Assembly: GCA_951406725.2 (NCBI GenBank)
Contig: OX597838.1
Location: 23,684,001 to 23,748,000, forward strand
Direction of reading: 5' to 3'
DNA: 64,000 bases
DNA from: Octopus vulgaris
Taxonomy: Eukaryota
A program made the translations under genes and the position numbers. Positions 1 to 12,619 of this stretch are shown one piece after another. A model generated the notes under the pieces. The model worked only from the letters and a program-made list of their open reading frames with translations, did not search any database and was not told where the DNA came from. Position 1 is the first letter of the stretch; the number at the start of each line of letters is the position of its first letter.

Positions 1-151
1 AAATATCACAATGCACTTTTTTCCGATGCTCTACCAGCTATGCAACAATAAGGGAGTGGGTGGAGTTGATTAAATCAGTCCCCAATATTTGACTGGTACT
101 TATTTTCTTGAGCTTGCAAGCAAAAAAGGCAAAAATGATCTTGGCTAGATT

Positions 152-185
<34 letters not shown>

Positions 186-256
186 TGATGATGATAATAA
201 TAATAAAAATGAAAATAATAATAATGATGATGGTGATGATTATAATAATAATAATA

Positions 257-906
257 TTTTCTACTAAAGGCACAAGGCCTGAGATTTTGGCGGAAGGAAC
301 TAGTTGATTATATTGACCCCAGTATTCAACTGGTACTTATTTTATTGATCCCAAAAGGATGGAAAATTTAAGTCAAACTCAGCAGAATTTGAAAATAATA
401 ATAATAATAATGATAATAATAATAATAATAACAATAATCCTTTCTACTAAAGGCACAAGGCCAGAAATTTAGGGGTGGAGAGGGGACTAGTTGATTACAC
501 TGGTACTTAGTTTCATCCTGAAAGGATGAAGAACAAAGTTGACCTCGGCAGAATTTGAACTCAGAACCCTAAAGACAGATGAAATGCCACTATGCATTTC
601 ACCTGGCCTGCTAACTATTCTGCTAGCCCACTGCCTTAATAATAATAATAATAATAATAATAATTTTTTTTTCTTTCTCCTCTAGGCACAGGACTCGGAA
701 TTTTGAGGGAGGAGGCCAGTCAATTAGATCGACCCCAGTACGCATTTGGTACTTATTTAATCGACCCTGAAAGGATGAAAGGCAAAGTCGACCTCGGCGG
801 AATTTGAGCTCAGAACGTAGCAGCAGGCGAAATACCACTGAGCCTTTTGCCCGGTTTGCTAATGTTCCTGCCAGCTCGCCCCAGTAACAGTTCTGCCAAA
901 TTGCAG

Positions 907-946
<40 letters not shown>

Positions 947-1093
947 TAATAATGATGATGATATTGGTTTCAAATTTTGGCACAAGGCCAGCAATTTAAG
1001 AGGAGGATTTAAGTTGATTACATTGACCCCAGTGCTTGACTGGTACTTATTTTATCGACCCCAAAAGGATGAAAGGTAAAGTCAACCTTGGTG

Positions 1094-1095
<2 letters not shown>
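257..1095 (-). mobile_element. Cluster of SINE family A copies with (TAA)n tails
   Basis: At least four copies of the GTCGACTTTGCCTTTCATCCTTTCGGGGTCGATAAA-AAGTACCAG central domain with GTTCAAATTC B-box-like head. Confidence 0.8.
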
Positions 1096-1129
<34 letters not shown>

Positions 1130-1196
1130 TGATGATGATGATGATAATATTAACAACAACGATATATCATCATTTCTTGTGTAAGAAGCTGCATGT

Positions 1197-1408
1197 CTAT
1201 TCAAGCTTCACGTTTGTGGTGGATGTATTGGCATGGCAAATAAAATCACTTTTGAGACAACGATAGAAGAGGACAATGTTCATCACAGTGGTCGTGGTTA
1301 GGCCGATGTTTGCAAGGACATAAAAGAAGAACGGCACTTGGGTTTTGTTGATGACGATCCACCGAGTCATCCAGCAGAGTGCTGCGATACGGAATATGAT
1401 GAAGGTAC
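1197..1408 (-). CDS. TLCD1/2-like, exon 5 (terminal, TAG stop)
   Basis: Acceptor tttctatttcag|; (G)TFIIFRIAALCWMTRWIVINK...MNIVLFYRCLKSDF...KLE*; exons sum to 792 nt = 263 aa + stop. Confidence 0.93.
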
Positions 1409-1488
1409 CTGAAATAGAAAAACAACAGCATGAAAATAAAATGACATTAACAAATATGTTTTTTTTCTCTTTTTTTTTAACACTCCTG

Positions 1489-1835
1489 GGCACAGGAGTG
1501 GCTGTGTGGTAAGTAGCTTGCTTACCAACCACATGGTTCCAGGTTCAGTCCCACTGTGTGGCACCTTGGGCAAGTGTCTTCCACTATAGCCTCGGGCCTA
1601 CCAAAGTCTTGTGAGTGGATTTGGTAGACGGAAACTGAAAGAAGCTCATTGTATATATGTATGTGTATGTATATGTTTGTGTGTCTGTGTTTGTCCTTCC
1701 AACATCGTTTGACAACCGATGGTGGTGTGTTTACGTCCCCTGTAACTTAGTAGTTCGGCAAAAGAGATCGATAGAATAAGTACTAGGCTTCCAAAGAATA
1801 AGTTCTGAGTTCGATTTGCTCGACTAAAAGTAGTG
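1489..1835 (+). mobile_element. tRNA-derived SINE family B
   Basis: Head GGAGTGGCTGTGTGGTAAG (A-box-like), GGTTCAGTCCC (B-box-like), CCTTGGGCAAGTG core, internal (TA/TG)n; more than 12 copies in the window. Confidence 0.8.
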
Positions 1836-1859
1836 CAGCCATCTGGTTTGCCAGCTTTT

Positions 1860-2725
1860 CGTTATCATTCAGCTAGTGTTAGGAACATAAATTGTGACTA
1901 AGGTTTGGTGGAAGATTTTAATTCAGAACTTTTGAAAACAAAACATTTGTACTACAGAGCCACAGCTGGTTCCAGCAGGGTTGGTATAAAAAGGGTTAAT
2001 GCCTTAACTATTTTGCTACCATATTTCTGTTGAGATATTCTGTGTTTCTTTCAATTAATTTTCAATCTAACAAAGAATTTAGTAAAATAACGTAGTTATC
2101 ATTAAGCTGGTGTTAGCAACATAAATTGTGACTAAGGTTTGGTGGAAGATTTTAGTTCAAAGCTTATGAAAACAAGACATTTGTACGACAGAGCCAGAGG
2201 TGGTTCCAGCCAGGTTGGTATCAGAAGGGTTAAAAATATGATGGTGATGTTAAGCCTTTTGTTACCATATTTCTGTTGAGATGCTCTGTGTTTCTTTCAA
2301 TTAATCTTAAATATAATAAAGGAGTTAGTAAAATAAAATAGTTATCCTTCAGCTAGTGTTAGGAACATAAATTGTGACTAAGGTTTGGTGGAAGATTTTA
2401 ATTCAAAACTTATGAAAACAAGACATTTGTACAACAGAGCCAGAGGTGGTTCCAGCCAGGTTGGTATCAGAAGGGTTAAAAATATGATGGTGATGTTAAG
2501 CCTTTTGTTACCATATTTCTGTTGAGATGCTCTGTGTTTCTTTCAATTAATTTTAAATATAATAAAGGAGTTAGTAATATAACATAGTTATCATTAAGCT
2601 AGTGCGAGGAATATAAATTGTGACTAAGGTTTGGTGGAAGATTTTAATTCAAAGCTTATGAAAACAAGACATTTGTGCTACAGAGCCAGAACTGGTTTTA
2701 ACTGGGTTGTTAATGAAAGGGTTAA
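1860..2725. mobile_element. Tandem array (about 3.6 copies) of a ~228-bp piggyBac-like MITE
   Basis: Units bounded by TTAA(C)CCTTT...AAGGGTTAA; 246-bp period. Confidence 0.8.
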
Positions 2726-3095
2726 ACACATGCACTGTATATTTGGTCTTCATTTCAGCTTTATAACTAGTAGTCCACTCATGGGTGGCTCACTGCCAAC
2801 CACTGTCATGGTGTTTGTACACAGCTCTGGATTAAACAGGAAATTTTATACTCACACAGGGAGAACACACCCACAGGAAAGAGTTACAATAAAATTCTGT
2901 GGGTAGGAGGAGAAGTGGTGGTGGTGGTGGCAGCACTATCAGTAGTTGTAGTAGTGAAAACAGTGGCAGTGGTGGTGGTGGTGGTATTAGTAGTAGTAAT
3001 GCAAATAGTGGTAGTGATGGTAGCAGTAGCTTTCATAATGAATGCAGTGAAGTTTGTATCAGTAGTGGGTTTAGGGTAGTGGTTGTGCCTGCATA

Positions 3096-3126
<31 letters not shown>

Positions 3127-3257
3127 TTATAGCAAAAATTTAGATTCCAATGAATATGGTACTAAATTTAGATGCACCAGAATTCTGTATGGTGTTATCC
3201 ATAAAAATCCGTGGGGTGATTATAATCAAAATAAGCAACAAGAATGACTCTGGTAAT

Positions 3258-3343
3258 TTGGTACGATCGTTTCGTACTACATCATTTTATTAAATGTTGT
3301 AAGTGTTACAACAGTTTTAAAATGCTGAGTACTCATCAGCCAA
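3258..3343 (-). ncRNA. Minimal type-I hammerhead ribozyme motif (intact core)
   Basis: Minus strand reads TTGG-CTGATGA-GTACT...AGTAC-GAAA-CGATCG-TA-CCAA: helix I 4 bp, extended helix II, palindromic helix III, GUA site. Confidence 0.8.
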
Positions 3344-4128
3344 TCATAGAGGTCTTCCATTAATACAAAAATTTTCATATCAAGTGGCAATATTATAGAG
3401 AAGGTAGATACATAGACAAAGATGTGGATTTAAATTTTAAGAACATTTGAGGTAGTGGAGCTCATCAACTGACTGACTAAGATTCAGTTGTTCCGAACTA
3501 CTTTAAGGTTCTGAGAATGAAGAACAAGTGTATATATATATACATCCATATATGTATTACCTACACACAAACATACACACACTGATGCATTATTGTTGAG
3601 GGTATGTTGCTTGAAATATCTAAATTTTTGTTTTGCTTTTTTCTTAATCCTGCATGCTCCCCCCTCCCCCCACACACACATTTTCTCTTCGTACATCTTA
3701 GTAATTCACTAACTACTACTTTGCTGGCAAATATACTTTCCTGACAAGATTTAATAACACTGAAACATTTCTAAAGTTGTCTCCCTTTACCAGCTGAATT
3801 GATAATAATGAAATAATAAAGTCATTAAAATAATTTCTTTTACTGCTTGCGTAATTATTCGCAACTAAAGGCAGTGCTCCAGCATAGCCAAAGTCAAATG
3901 ACTGAAACAGGTAAAAGAATAAAAGAATACAAACAACAGCAATGATGCTGATTATGAATATAGAACTTTGACAAAGAAACTAAAATGATGATAATAAAAT
4001 GGAAGGGAAGACCACATACATAGAATATGTGTGACCCTCCCCAAATATAACAATAAGATAAATATATATTACGGAGATGTACTCGCATAGCAAGTAATTT
4101 GATCTGAGATCGTGTGCTGAAACGAAAA

Positions 4129-4233
4129 CAATTGCAGCGTGGAAGGTGTTTATAAGCCATTTAAGAAACACACGTTTCAACGGCTTTTGTGTGTTTCTTA
4201 AATGGCTTATAAACACCTTCCACGCTGCAATTG
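4129..4233. repeat. Perfect 45-bp inverted repeat with 15-nt loop
   Basis: 4129-4173 is the exact reverse complement of 4189-4233. Confidence 0.95.
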
Positions 4234-4284
4234 ATAAATATATAATTTGACAATTATCTTGTGTCTAGGGAGAGTCATTATGCT

Positions 4285-4680
4285 CTTTTACTTGTTTCAG
4301 TCATTTGGCTGTGGCCATGCTGGAGCACCACCTTAAATCAAGCAAATCGACCCCAGGACTTATTCTTTGTAAGCCTAGTACTTATTCTATCAATCTCTTT
4401 TGCCGAACCGCTAAGTTACGGGGATGTAAACACACCAGCATCGGTTGTCAAGCGATGTTGGGGGGACAAACATAGACACACAAACATATACACACACATA
4501 CATATACATATATACGACGGGCTTCTCTCAGTTTCCGTCTACCAAATCCACTCACAAGGCTTTGGTCGGCCCGAGGCTATAGTAGAAGACACTTGCCCAA
4601 GGTGCCACGCAAGTGGGACTGAACCTGGAACCATGTGGTTCGTAATTAAGCTACTTACCACACAGTCACTCCTATGCCTA
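4285..4680 (-). mobile_element. SINE family B, full length
   Basis: Matches copies at 9177-9497, 24072-24952 (two), 37045-37447, 39043-39473, 49755-50165, 60024-60395, 63760-63975 (all -). Confidence 0.85.
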
Positions 4681-4910
4681 TAATTAACACACACACTGGT
4701 TCAATTTCACTCCTTTATTATTAGTCAATTGGTTGAATATCCAACTAATTAATTTGCTTTATTTATGTTTGTCAAATCTCTTTCATTGCTAATTACAATC
4801 TCTTCAAGGACTACGGACTTTGTTGAATAATCTGCATAAAATTACATTATTTGTTTTGAAAATGCAAAACTATGCTTTGGAAGGAAATTATTTTGTTTTG
4901 AGACACTTAC

Positions 4911-5082
4911 CTAAATTAAGAAGGCTGGTAAGTCTGTATAATGATGACTTTTTATCAACTTTATGTATTCTCAGTAACTGGCGGAAGTGAAGAAAGATGG
5001 AGTTGACCTCAACTAGAAGCGCCACAAGCATGTAGCCGACGCTTTTGTATGTTAGAACAGGGAATGAGAAAGCAATTAGAAT
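4911..5082 (-). CDS. TLCD1/2-like, exon 4
   Basis: Acceptor tttttcag|, donor TAG|GTAAGT; 172 nt: ILIAFSFPVLTYKSVGYMLVALLVEVNSIFLHFRQLLRIHKVDKKSSLYRLTSLLNL(G) with the conserved E-x-N-S-x-F-L-H-x-R motif. Confidence 0.94.
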
Positions 5083-5994
5083 CTGAAAAAGAAATAAAAG
5101 AAATAATTTTAAACGATAGGTATAAGCTGTGCTTGAGGAGACCTATCGAATCAAGTACATCAACATCAAAAATCAAATGGAAATTGTAGTTGTGATACTT
5201 GTGCTGGTGGCATATAAAAAACACCATTTGAACGTGGCCGATGCCAGCGTTGCCTTGACTGGCTTCCATGCTGGTGGCATGTAAAAAGCACTCACTACAC
5301 TCACGGAGTGGTTGGCGTTAGGAAGGGCATCCAGCTGTAGAAACACTGCCAGATCAAGATTGGAGCCTGGTGCAGCCTCCTGGCTTCCCAAACCCCGGTC
5401 GAACCATCCAACCCATGCCAGTATGGAAAACGGACGTTAAATGATGATGATGATGATGATGTATAAGCAAGGTTGAACAGTTAAGAATTTTGCTTTGTAA
5501 CTGCACAGTTTCAGACAAATGCCCTAGGTTGAATAATGTCTTCTGGCATAGACAAAATCTACAGGAAGTCAGTTGTGTGTGTGTGTATGTGTGTGTATGT
5601 ACATGCATGTGTGTGTATGTGTGTTATATTTGCATCATCTTATTGGATAATAATCAGTTCACACTCAGCCTGATTGTTCTGGTTTACATTCATTCATGCA
5701 AACGTCTTTTCAGGCCAGACAATGACTTACATGGAATTTCCATTTCAGGTCACTCTGGCCTTCATTGTGTTGCCATGCATTTATAAGTAGTAGTTTGAAT
5801 TTGATTGTGGGTGAAATTCTCCATGGTGCAAACTGTGAGAGCACATCCTGTGTATGACTTTATAAAACACAAAATGAGTCGAGAAATGGAACAATAGTGC
5901 GACATCTGTTTGTCACTGGATTTAAGTGATAGAAGCTTTGACAACATTTGGCCAGTCTCTCAGTTGCTATAAGTAGGCTCCAACGACAAGTATT

Positions 5995-6632
5995 TATTTC
6001 TTTATTGCCCACAGGGGGCTAAACATAGAGGGGACAAACAAGGACAGACAAAGTGATTAAGTCACTTACATCGACCCCACTGCGTAACTGGTACTTAATT
6101 TATCGACCCTGAAAGGATGAAAGGCAAAGTCGGCCTCGGCGGAATTTGAACTCAGACCGTAACAGCAGACGAAATACCTATTTCTTTACTACCCACAAGG
6201 GGCTAAACACAGAGAGGAGAAACAAGGACAGACAAACAGATTAAGCCAATTACATTGACCCCAGTGTGTAACTTGTACTTATTTAATCGACCTCAAAAAG
6301 ATGAAAGGCAAAGTCGACCTCGGCGGAATTTGAACTCAGAATGTAGCAGCAGACTGTGTGCTAACGTTTCTGCCAGCTCGCCACCTTAAACGAAATACCT
6401 ATTTCTTTACTACCCACAAGGGGCTAAACACAGAGGGGACAAACAAGGACAGACAAAGTGATTAAGTTGCTTACATCGACCCCAGTGCGTAACTGGTACT
6501 TAATTTATCGACCCCGAAAGGATGAAAGGCAAAGTCGACCTCGGCAGAATTTGAACTCGGAACATAATGGCAGATGAAATACTACTAAGCATTTCGCCCA
6601 GCGTGCTAACGTTTCTGCCAGCTCGCTGCCTT
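5995..6632 (-). mobile_element. Tandem trimer of SINE family A
   Basis: Three head-to-tail units flanked by TSD TCCAACGACAA(G/A)TATT at 5979-5994 and 6633-6648. Confidence 0.85.
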
Positions 6633-7401
6633 TCCAACGACAAATATTGCATGATGACTTGCACAGTCTTGACTGCAAGTTCTTATGTCAGATTAACTTT
6701 CTTTTCTAGAAAAACTGCCTTCTTTATGGCTTTGTTGAAAGATAAAGAAAACTTTCCTCTATCTTTGGGAAATCTATTTAACAGGAACTACCATTCTGGG
6801 CTAGAAAAGACCTGAGAGCAATGGGAATTAAGGGGATATTCCACGCCCCCCACACCTCCAGAACTTCCAAACTGGAACCTCACCACCAGATGCAGTTTAA
6901 TGTCATACCCAGGATGTGCGCTCGCAGCTTGCATCATGGAGATTTCACTCACAATCAAATTCAAACTACTGCAAACAAAGAAGATGGCCTTGAAGTTGAA
7001 GATTTTAAACTAATGGAGACAACACTTGTGTATATATCACCTGAGGAAACACAACTAGACCTCATTATGCAAACAAACAGTTGCATAATGAAACACCTGT
7101 ATTCTTGGAGAACCCCGTTGTGCTGAAACAACCGTAGCGAATAATAAACAAATGTCCAAGCGAACACCCACTTCCCAACTCCAATTTCTTCAATTATATT
7201 ATATATATGTATATATATATATATTCAATGAATCTGTATATATATATATATCATCATCATCATTTAGCGTCCGATTTCCATGCTAGCATGGGTTGGACGG
7301 TTCAACTGGGGACTGCGAACCCGGAAGGCTGCATCAGGCCCAGTCTGATCTGGCAGTGTTTCTACGGCTGGATGCCCTTCCTAACGCCAACCACTCCGTG
7401 A

Positions 7402-7465
<64 letters not shown>

Positions 7466-8756
7466 AGAATTCACAAAAAAAAAATAACAAAAGATGAAGA
7501 CAGGTAGTGTACACAACAAACAGATGTATTAGTTTAATGCTCAAGAAGTAAAAAATCTTTAATGTTTTGAGCCTACGCTCTTCCTCAGAAAGGAACACAG
7601 AAAGAAACAAGGAGAGAAAAAATATAAATATACAGGAGAGTGAGTGAGAGAATGTATCATTTTGTCTTGATAGTTGTAAATGAGCATTGCTGTACTACAA
7701 GCAGTGTCATTCGCTTCTAATCTTTTGTGTAAACAAGTCTGGCTATTGGGGAAGTATTAGCTTGCTTGGAAACAGGTAGAGAACTAGTGACAAGAAGGGC
7801 AACTAGCTGTAAAAAAGTTGCCTCTAACTAACTCCACCCAACCTGTGTGAGCTTGGGAAAATAGACATTAAAACAATATGAATGTATGCAGGCACAAGTG
7901 TAGCACGCTTGGTCGTGAAAACAAAGAGCTGGGGTTTGAGTTCAACGTGTACGGGGGGGGGGGAACAACCTACTTTTTTTCTGTCAAGGGCTTATGTACC
8001 CAGTTATAAGACTATTTTCTGAAGTCATTGCATGGTAATCACTTATAAGCTTTAAGCATATAAAAATATTATTATATATATATATATATATATACACACA
8101 CATACATATAATAGATCACAATTAAGTGAATTCAAGTGAATCGGGCACTTAAATAGTAAGGCAATGTGTGAATTGACACATTGTCATTTATTCATATATA
8201 AACACACACACACACACACACACACACATAAATATATATATAAACATACATACATACATATACATAAATATATACATATATATATATAAACATAAAAACA
8301 TATCCATATATATATATAAAAACATATCCATATATATATATAAAAACATATACATACATACATATATATATATACATGTGTGTGTGTGTGTATATATATG
8401 TGTGTGCATGTGCATGTGTGTATGTATGTATATATATGTATATAGTGAGAATTTACAAAAAAAAAAAAAAAAAACGAAGACGGTGTGTAAACAACAAACA
8501 GATGTATTAGTTTAATGCTCGGGAAGAGAGAAAGTCTTTTATATTTCGAGCCTATGCTCTTCAACAGAGAAAAGAACACAGAAATAAACAGGGAGAGAAA
8601 ATAGGAAAAAGGTTTAGTGGCTAGCGATCTATCATGTGTGTTTGTATGTGATGTAATAAATGAAATGGTAGTAACAAGGTTCAAATCTTTTCAATGCCAC
8701 TAGCATAAATCAAACAGCATTTTATTTTTTTTTTCCGGTGATATTAAATTACTTAC

Positions 8757-8839
8757 CACAACATGATGGATTAAAAGCTCTAAAGATTTTCGGGACCAGT
8801 CATATACGACCATATCTACAATATCATGGAGGAAGTAAC
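8757..8839 (-). CDS. TLCD1/2-like, exon 3
   Basis: Acceptor ttcttcttcag|, donor GTG|GTAAGT; 83 nt: (G)YFLHDIVDMVVYDWSRKSLELLIHHVV with the TLC hallmark GYF-x-x-D and HH motifs. Confidence 0.93.
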
Positions 8840-9095
8840 CTGAAGAAGAAAACAAAGAAAGCAAAAATTTTTTTTAAATTGTAAGAATTCTCAATTTGGC
8901 AGAAATAAAATATTACACTAAAACTAGTTCAAAATAGCTTTCGACAGAAAAAAAAAAGCATGTTTTCCTGTACACATGGGCCTTGAACCTACACCTCTTT
9001 GTTGTCCTGGAGAATAGTTTTGTCACGTATTCACATCCCACAGTGGCTGACTTAACTATTTATCCTCTCCAGTGTTGATAAATATACATACATAC

Positions 9096-9162
<67 letters not shown>

Positions 9163-9779
9163 TAAAGAGATAGATTCTTTTATTCTTTTATTTGTTTCAG
9201 TCATTTGACTGCAGCCATGCTGGAGCACCGCCTTTAGTTGAGCAAATCGACCCCAAGACTTATTCTTTGTAAGCCTAGTACTTATTCTATCGGTCTCTCT
9301 TGCTAAACCGCTAAGTGATGGTGACGTAAACACACCAGCATCGGTTTTCAAGCAATGCTGGGGGAACAAGCACAGACACACAAACATATACATATATACA
9401 ATGAGCTTCTTTCAGTTTCCGTCTACCAAATCCACTCACAAGGCTTTGGTCAGCCCGAGGCTATAGTAGAAGATACTTGCCCAGGGTGCCATGCAGTTAT
9501 GTTCTGAGTTCAAATTCTGCTGAGGTTGACTTCGCCTTTCATCCTTTCAGGGTCGATAAATTAAGTACCAGTTACGCACTGGGGTCGATGTAATCGACAT
9601 AATCCCTTTGTCTGTATATATAACATAATGCAAACGTGTAGCTTTTTTGTGCATTTTGTTTGCAGAAAATAAAGAAATAACAGCAATAACAGTAATAACG
9701 TTTAATAGATGTTGCTTATTGCAAGTTATGGATGATTCGTTTATGACTTCATTGCTTTCAGGCTTAGCTTAAAGGTATT

Positions 9780-9956
9780 TCCATGCCAAACATCACAAAA
9801 TGCGTCTGAATATACATTGCCGGACAGCAAATAGAGACTCGGACATTGCTTAGAAAATAATTTTCATTTTTAATCTCGTATATAGTATGCACTAGGGATT
9901 TTGACCTTTAAATTTTGGGGAAAAAAGTGCAGATTATACTCGAGGATTTACGGTAT
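9780..9956. mobile_element. Terminus of a pogo/Tigger-like DNA element
   Basis: Ends GTGCAGATTATACTCGAGGATTTACGGTA, typical of these TIRs; partner end not seen. Confidence 0.4.
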
Positions 9957-10831
9957 TTATTTCTCTGTTGCAGTTATTAGGCTGTTCAACAGTCAGTTTC
10001 TTCAATTGTAAGTTTATTTATCATCTACATCTTACATAACTACACCGACCTATTTACAATCTACACATTTCAAAATGGCAGCTTCTCATTGGTTCTATCT
10101 GGACTTTGAATTTTCAGCCTGTTTCTTAGGGCTTCAGCTGATTTCTGCTTCAAAACAACCAGGACGAGGTCAGTCTATTGGTGTCAGATGTCAGTTTCTA
10201 ACTAAAACATTGTTCTCTCCCCCTCCACCCCCACCCCACCCCACCCTTAGTCATACTTTTATCATAGTACAGATTTCATTATTTATATGCTTGAGTTTGA
10301 CTGAAATACTGTTACGTTTACAACAAGATATCAAAACATGCCAAAAACCCAAGATATCAGTTTAGGATTGTTTAAACGATGTCTTTTTTTTTTCAACAGA
10401 CACAACAACTGCTACGAAAAATTTTGTCCAAAAGTAAATGACATTTGAGACTTTTTTTCGTTTTCTTTGTATGTACACTAGTTTGTATACCATTCTTTTG
10501 CATAACATAGCAATTGTTAACAACCAATCAAAATTGACTGCGCTGCAAAGATACACAGTGTTCCATTAAGACAATAACAGCTATCATCATTGGTTTATTC
10601 TTTTTTTTTTTTACTTGTTTCAGTCATTTGACTGTGGCCATGCTGGAGCACCGCCTTTAGTCGAGCAAATTGACCCCAGGACTTATTCTTTGGAAGCTTA
10701 GTACTTATTCTGTTGGACTCTTTTGCCAAACTGCTAAGTTATGGGGACGTAAACACACCAGCATCGGTTGTCAAGCAATGTTGGGGGGGACACAAACATA
10801 TACACACACACATATACACACACACATACAT

Positions 10832-10864
<33 letters not shown>

Positions 10865-12104
10865 CATATACACACACACACATGTGCATATGTATGTCAG
10901 CTGACCACACTTGGATGAATTTGTCAGATATGATTCTTTTCTACTCTAGGCCCGAGGCCTGAAATTTTGGGAAAGGAGGCCAGTCGATTAGTTTGACCCC
11001 AGTACACAACTGGTACATAATTTAACAACCCCCCAAAAGATGAAAGACAGAGTTGACCTCGGCAGAATTTGAGCTCAGAATGTAAAGACAGGTAACAGTC
11101 AGATATGATTGAAATATGTCTGGAGTTGTCATTGATGGACAAAGCCAAGCTATTCTTGCATATTACCCTTAAATTTTAGGATAATTGAAATTGCATGAAC
11201 TTTCCCTGACTGAAAGTAATTTTCATTAACATTAATGAAGTTTCTTCTCATTAAGTTTACAATCAAAATTGATTAAAAACTATTCTTAGTTCATCACATT
11301 AAATGTACTATGCATACCGATATACAAACACATATATCTATATAAACACACACACACACTTCATTTACATGTATATACCTACACATCTAAATATATATAC
11401 ATATGAGCATAATATATACACAAAAATACATAGTTAAATCGGTAGACAGAGATTTAGGTATGTATAACATGTGTATGTGTATGTATATATATATATGTGT
11501 GCATGTGTATATATTCTCTTGTTTCAGTTATGTGTGTATATATTCTCTTGTTTCAAACTGTGGCCATGCTGGAACACCACCTTAATAATACTTTACATTG
11601 TAACTACAGTGGATTTGACTCTAGAAGTTAAAATATATTTGTGACATATTTTAACTTCTAAAGAAAAATTCAATGAAGTTACTTTAGAGAAAAAAATTTC
11701 ACTTATGGTAAAAGGTGTAAAGGCACATTTGCTAAGTGTCTTTCCCTCAGCACACTCTCAGATGCATTTCTGGCTCCTTAAACCTCCTCAGTAGCAGATA
11801 CCAAAGAGAGATAACCCTGGACAGATTCTGATGATAGATTTCGTTATCTTACAACAGTCAACATCAGTGACTGAGTTGCGCTTGCAAACTGCCCGGTCAA
11901 AATAAATGCAGTAGAATCAACACTAAGTAGTGATGAAGAACAAACCAACTTTACATGGTAACTGCAGTGAATTTGACTTTAGAAGTTAAACTATGCACAA
12001 ACATATTTTAACAAACCTAAAATTTGTTTGTTCCTATTCACAGCTTAGCACTGATATCACTACTATTATTTCTACTACTACAACTCACACACATATATGA
12101 CAAA

Positions 12105-12487
12105 GACGGAGGCGCAATGGCCCCGTAGTTAGGGCAGCGGACTCGCGGTCGTAGGATCGCGGTTTCGATTCCCAGACCGGGCGTTGTGAGTGTTTATTGA
12201 GCGAAAACACCTAAATCTCCGCGAGGCTCCGGCAGGGGATGGTGGTGATCCCTGCTGTACTCTTTCATCATAACTTTCTCTCACTCTTACTTCCTGTTTC
12301 TGTTGTACCTGTATTTCAAAGGGCCGGCCTTGTCACTCTCTGTGTCACGCTGAATATCCCCGAGAACTACGTTAAGGGTACATGTGTCTGTGGAGTGCTC
12401 AGCCACTTACACGTTAATTTCACGAGCAGGCTGTTCCGTTGATCGGATCAACGGGAACCCTTGTCGTCGTAACCGACGGAGTGCTTC
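12105..12487 (+). mobile_element. tRNA-derived SINE family D, full length
   Basis: tRNA-like head (TGGCCCCGTAGTTAGG...GGTTTCGATTCC); 13-bp TSD CATATATGACAAA at 12092-12104 and 12488-12500; 3' part recurs inverted at about 35630-35770. Confidence 0.8.
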
Positions 12488-12619
12488 CATATATGACAAA
12501 ACAGGAAATTGGAAACTTTTTGCTATTATTTATTCACCATTTATACATGTTTCACTAAAGCCCAACAATAGTTTCATATGTTGAGAAAACATATTTTTCA
12601 AGCGCAAACCACATAGGAA

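Noticed and set aside
4261-4683. 140-aa ORF and similar ORFs recurring across the window
   Set aside because: Antisense reading of SINE family B
12108-12182. tRNA-like sequence (also 33173, 37750, 39835, 54184)
   Set aside because: Heads of SINEs continuing into SINE bodies (TSD seen for the 12105 copy); no complete acceptor stem
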